IMG/VR virus record: IMGVR_UViG_3300005261_000049
Coordinates: 1 to 31,371 of that record
Direction: 5' to 3' (one strand)
From: a virus
Lineage: Duplodnaviria; Caudoviricetes
Length of the DNA stretch: 31,371 nucleotides
Of this stretch, positions 29,001-31,371 are shown piece by piece; the first letter of the stretch is position 1, and each line of letters begins with the position of its first letter. The translations under genes and the position numbers were made by a program. Under the pieces are notes generated by a model. It was given only the letters and a program-made list of their open reading frames with translations. It ran no database searches and had not been told where the DNA came from.

Positions 29001-31371
29001 CGACGCTACTTTGGCCCAGATCGACCCCGCCAAGGACTTTGTTGAAGGGGACAACAAGGCCGAATGGCAGCGCCTGAAGGCCCGCTATGGCGCCCTGACC
29101 CCAGAGGCCCGTGGCATCTACCAGCGCGCCCGTGACTCCTACCGTGATCACATGCGCCAGGTGCGCCAGGCCATCAAGGAGCGCATCGAGCGCAGCGATA
29201 TGACCGGCCAACGCAAGGCCGACATGATCAAGCAACTCGATGGCGACTTCTTTGGGCACATCAAGGGCGTCTACTTCCCTCTGGCCCGTTTTGGCCAGTA
29301 TGTGGTGGTGGTCAAGAACGCTGAGGGTAAGGCCGTGAATGTCAGCCGTGCCGAAACCATGGCCGAGGCGGACACCCTGCGCGGCACGCTGGCCGGTGCC
29401 TACTCTGCGGAGCAGGGCTATACCGTGGGCAAGGTGCTCAAGTCCAAGGACTTTGTGGCTGACCGTGACACCGTGGGCTCTGGCTTCATCCAGGAGCTGT
29501 ATGGCTTGCTCGAAAAGCAGGGCATGGACGCCAAGCAGCGCGCCGAGCTGGAGGATTCGATTGGGCAGTTGTACCTGGCATCGATGCCGGATCTGAGCTG
29601 GGCCAAGCACGGTATCCACCGCAAGGGCACGGCCGGCTTCAGCCAGGACGCGCGCCGCGCCTTCGCGCAAAACACCTTCCACGGTGCCCGCTACTTGGCC
29701 AAGCTGCGTTACTCGGATCTGCTGCAGGACGAGCTGACGGACATGGATAAGTACATTTCCATGCACGACAGCGATGCCAAGTACCCATCGGTGCGCGCCC
29801 GCCAGGTGCTGGACGAGATGGTCAAGCGCCATGAGTCGGCCATGAATCCGACCGGTAACCCGCTGTCCACCGCCTTGACCAGCTTTGGCTTCATGTTCCA
29901 TTTGGGTTTGTCGCCAGCTTCGGCCATGGTCAACCTGACCCAGACCGCGCTGGTGGCCTATCCAGTGATGGGCGCCAAGTGGGGCTATGCCAAGGCCAGC
30001 GAGGCGCTGCTGCGCGCCAGCAAGGAGACGGTGCTGGGCAAGAACGACATCACCAACTTCCTGAACAGCGAGGAGGAGGCTGCGTTTGACGAGGCGGTGC
30101 GCTCGGGCGTCATCGATGTGACCATGGCACATGACCTGGCCGGCATTGCGCAGGGTGAGGACTCGGGCGTGATGTGGCGGATCCGGCCGCTGATGAAGTG
30201 GGCCAGCTTCCTGTTCCATCATGCTGAGAAGTTCAACCGCAGCGCGACCTTTGTGGCGTCTTACCGTCTGGCGCGTGATGCTGGCAGCGACCACTACCGT
30301 GCCTATGCGGAGGCGGTGAAGGCAACCTATGACGGCCACTTCGACTACAGCAGCAATAACCGACCACGGTTCATGCAAGGCAATGTGGCCCGGGTGCTAC
30401 TGCTGTTCAAGCAGTACAGCCAGAACATGGTCTATGCCTTTGCCCGCTCTGCACAGCAGTCGCTGAAGGGGCAGACGGCCAAGGAGCGCGCCGAAGCCCG
30501 CAAGATGCTGGGTGGGTTGCTGGTGATGCACGGCATGGCAGCTGGTGCCCTGGGCCTGCCTATGGTGTCGACCCTGCTGGCCGTGGCGTCCATGCTGGGT
30601 GGCGACGATGACGAACCCTTTGACGCACAGATTGCGCTGCAGAACATGCTGGCCGACACCTTGGGGCAAAAGCCAGCAGAGGTGCTGTCGCATGGCCTCT
30701 CGCGCCTGACGCCTTGGGATACTTCCGGCCGTGTCGGCTTGGACAATCTGATCTTCCCCGACCTGCAGGAAGGTCTGGAGGGCCAGCGCCTGGCTGAGTC
30801 CGCCATGGCATCTGCCCTGGGTCCGGTGGCTGGTATCGGGGTGAACGTGCTGCGCGGTTTGCAGGATATGGCCGATGGCGACTACCTGCGCGGCCTGGAA
30901 GGCATGATGCCCAGCTTCTTGCGTGGTCCGCTCAAGTCCATTCGCTATGGCGCAGATGGCGTGGTGGACCGTAGCGGGATTGTGGTCAAGGATGATGTGG
31001 ACTATGCCGGCCTCATTGGTCAGTTCGCCGGGTTTTCTCCCTCTGAAGTGCGACTGGCCTATGAGGGCAAGGCGGCCATCAACAAGCACGACCGCGCCTT
31101 GGGTGCACGCCGATCCACGCTCATGGAGCAGTTCGCGCTGGCTGCTATGGCAGGAGACGAGGAAGGCAAGGTCGAAGCGCGCGAAGCCATCAGCCGCTTC
31201 AACGAGAAGAACCCGTCACGCGCGATCAAGCCGATGCAGCTGGCCCAGAGTGTGCGCATGCGCCAGCGCCGGATCAACCAGGCCCAAGAGGGGGTGTACT
31301 TGCCGCGTAATCGACGCGATGCGGTGGAGGCAGGGAGGTTTGCCGCAACGGGTGATGGTGAAGACGACTGA
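23038..31371 (+). CDS. Giant PLxRFG/LPD-domain polyvalent protein (probable ejected protein)
   Basis: 2777 aa; YFPLARFGQY (PLARFG 29278-29295); FGFRGVEFGNWV...GHEWWHAVD...YWST..ELSARAFESY (LPD1-like); second HELFH motif; G/A-rich N-terminus. Confidence 0.9.
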   Translation: MMAESQMQSSNRFSQQPASQEQEIDWSQFTPIPKATGLQRLKDIGASFASGAVGATKAISDAAGADNAVSAGLGRMQDATQSWISPERQAEQERRAATIQAAEKGDSRLREIGAQLGGIAEAPVSTFAQAAGSVVPVVASMLATRGRAPAALVGTTLGVAQGAGAVKGSIHEAVKDEHLQAGATEEAASAAAEKAQAYGGNNTRQIALGGALGGLAARFGVEGMLARSMAGRAAAGGASALGRIGVGAVSEGAPELVQGGQERLAANLALQNEGFDTPTWQGVAGQAVAEGVAGTMLGGVTNAFAHGQPRQSEPQTPSDPPTAAGAPAEPTVQEAAPAVAAQASTIDPDDNPETGIDPELSPAAQPGIDPAAGPLSRNVAKEMERGAMPGGQATPAPRPIHERIQDLPDQERTQAIILADEINNLDNPEGVRQFRRTELDSLLQQHEQQVAADGPISRNLSAHRPSTALATSALTEDDPADWHKVYRRNPVGVPYQSAGNPLADAQQAVRQSTEYTDPQRVQAVRGELEDAWLALNVSNEPVSQQETLSAPVNRGDITPEIDARVRAGRVVSGVRNAFEGGAPNTLRVIQSVNQALRNIGEQSLTQDEIARIRRVADARTAFMGLNLPAALPEDLVQQVVPADAMADNSAMEALIPERHSKQQRAQAPANLMRANPVRNQNAFQTQVAAAPGAPNPAFEGSSVANGEAAAAAETVVADGGQIAQIDPKSRMETGFDGGGQNAVQAPMATASASPQAQLQRQEWRDAEKRRRAPGNRARSNAYDANPFKAFLGKHGVTVDHRADFAPGATEQRQAMVPGYGPIFRRTGKQLDELAQAAYEEGFIATPDDVQVQDLISRVLRGERVIAEYSADAVQAEMDSLIAEQMAMAEMETAQTDPASLDFDEDVALAHLADISDASTFEILDADIPWDAEPSNTTTEAAMRALGFTEEEIQDAIAQEPSRAQEVGQGRRLADESATQATQGSDGRAPEAPGAGAADTALSTYTREEVLSRQSEQERAQSEQARADLQAARREQADRERPEFILTGSDRNADANPNQGDIFSPSNAINNEVGSARQPIKHSQKESKSSNAKRQAATQKVAQRAVQRIEDVGEKIGGARKDVWTGFREDLRVVADDQIKVQPLSKVWPSTDYQKLIDAGAGADAVAMVRALRDAVETKPRQSWKVSRWADQVKVLRSFATDLLDGKVNVAALKADIGKLSSRSLRDVLGRAELYEAVGHGKSLEGITFGEHHYSLYRGRENVHLWAVEQGAKGGTFGNWPREIATGETKEAALEAFKKAYANLDSTKEKKAASFDIITEQFSSDYFVGKKMGRTYAKLAGPFKTTREARAYRDGNEAELLKSLEVFKQIPQEREDTNRPRVGQDYRQGQDVNPSQFRETFGFRGVEFGNWVEQGKRQQELNDAYDALMDLAAVLQLPAKAMSLNGELGMAFGARGMGGVGAFKAHYEPGKVVINLTKRTGAGSLGHEWWHAVDNYFSRMRSSANGYMTDSSDVKAAANGAKYFPRGEGVRPAMIEAFGAVMRAINATALRARSAKLDERRTKDYWSTDIELSARAFESYLIGKLQDQNASNDYLANVVSPKAWEAAATVGLRQDDAYPYPTADEIQAIRAGFDHFFQTVETRETDHGLALFSSRTTPPESKLSLERVQQIVQTALRGIPGSPPVHVVHGPADLGLVVAGEDVHSGVTLRSGDIYVFQSGVGSELDVLKTVFHELFHRGLRNVLPADQYVQTMLDLAKRDDRVQSYANAWKGLPVAAEQRAELAKMGFAGSELQARFEALAIEEGLAVVAEELKAEKQAGTRSLRLRSLTTWLASIADKLGLTSVANAIRRMSYNEAERFVLSAIDASGQAVATAHTTTNPAADVNKMRTAAPQEVAKVVGDTLKGMTVQNLRKQAGFKVTDYMGIGLQFLGRRQLTEVYSPILPQLKRYSDLMARMDADKNEAGAGADELATEWGKLKDETALAELMHDATLAQIDPAKDFVEGDNKAEWQRLKARYGALTPEARGIYQRARDSYRDHMRQVRQAIKERIERSDMTGQRKADMIKQLDGDFFGHIKGVYFPLARFGQYVVVVKNAEGKAVNVSRAETMAEADTLRGTLAGAYSAEQGYTVGKVLKSKDFVADRDTVGSGFIQELYGLLEKQGMDAKQRAELEDSIGQLYLASMPDLSWAKHGIHRKGTAGFSQDARRAFAQNTFHGARYLAKLRYSDLLQDELTDMDKYISMHDSDAKYPSVRARQVLDEMVKRHESAMNPTGNPLSTALTSFGFMFHLGLSPASAMVNLTQTALVAYPVMGAKWGYAKASEALLRASKETVLGKNDITNFLNSEEEAAFDEAVRSGVIDVTMAHDLAGIAQGEDSGVMWRIRPLMKWASFLFHHAEKFNRSATFVASYRLARDAGSDHYRAYAEAVKATYDGHFDYSSNNRPRFMQGNVARVLLLFKQYSQNMVYAFARSAQQSLKGQTAKERAEARKMLGGLLVMHGMAAGALGLPMVSTLLAVASMLGGDDDEPFDAQIALQNMLADTLGQKPAEVLSHGLSRLTPWDTSGRVGLDNLIFPDLQEGLEGQRLAESAMASALGPVAGIGVNVLRGLQDMADGDYLRGLEGMMPSFLRGPLKSIRYGADGVVDRSGIVVKDDVDYAGLIGQFAGFSPSEVRLAYEGKAAINKHDRALGARRSTLMEQFALAAMAGDEEGKVEAREAISRFNEKNPSRAIKPMQLAQSVRMRQRRINQAQEGVYLPRNRRDAVEAGRFAATGDGEDD

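Larger units (their letters stand above)
1..31371 (+). mobile_element. Integrated phage-satellite-like/prophage-like genomic island with head and ejection genes but no visible tail; boundaries lie outside the window
   Basis: P4-like int + AlpA + antirepressor + TerS/TerL/portal/scaffold/MCP/adaptor + PLxRFG protein; no host housekeeping genes. Confidence 0.85.

Noticed and set aside
1-31371. att sites, tRNA, IS elements, retron/RT or DGR
   Set aside because: None recognisable; the window starts and ends exactly at CDS boundaries

Overview
About 60% GC integrated phage-like element, probably from a betaproteobacterium (Comamonadaceae-like; this is inference). The window runs from the start codon of a P4-type integrase to the stop codon of a 2,777-aa PLxRFG/LPD polyvalent protein, so no att sites are visible. 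Gene order: integrase; a translationally coupled 3-gene candidate anti-phage operon led by a PD-(D/E)xK-like nuclease; a divergent Arc-like/RHH switch with an inverted-repeat operator; AlpA; four small unknown genes; a lone winged-helix Rep-like gene with five palindromic repeats; a ~1.7 kb non-coding mosaic of different ~11-bp-phased repeat clusters; a Rha-Ant antirepressor; two HTH-like unknowns; a podovirus-type head module (TerS, TerL, P22-like portal, scaffold, N4-gp56-like capsid, cement, adaptor); and two ejection-type proteins. I see no nozzle, tail, fibre, lysis, primase or helicase genes. Four copies of a CCCCC(C)..TAAGGYT-N22-RARAMTT promoter-like motif precede the late operons. Best interpretation (inference): a tailless, capsid-forming podoviral-type satellite that depends on helper phages, possibly carrying a library of helper-phage origin/iteron mimics. 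All family assignments come from motif recognition, not database searches.
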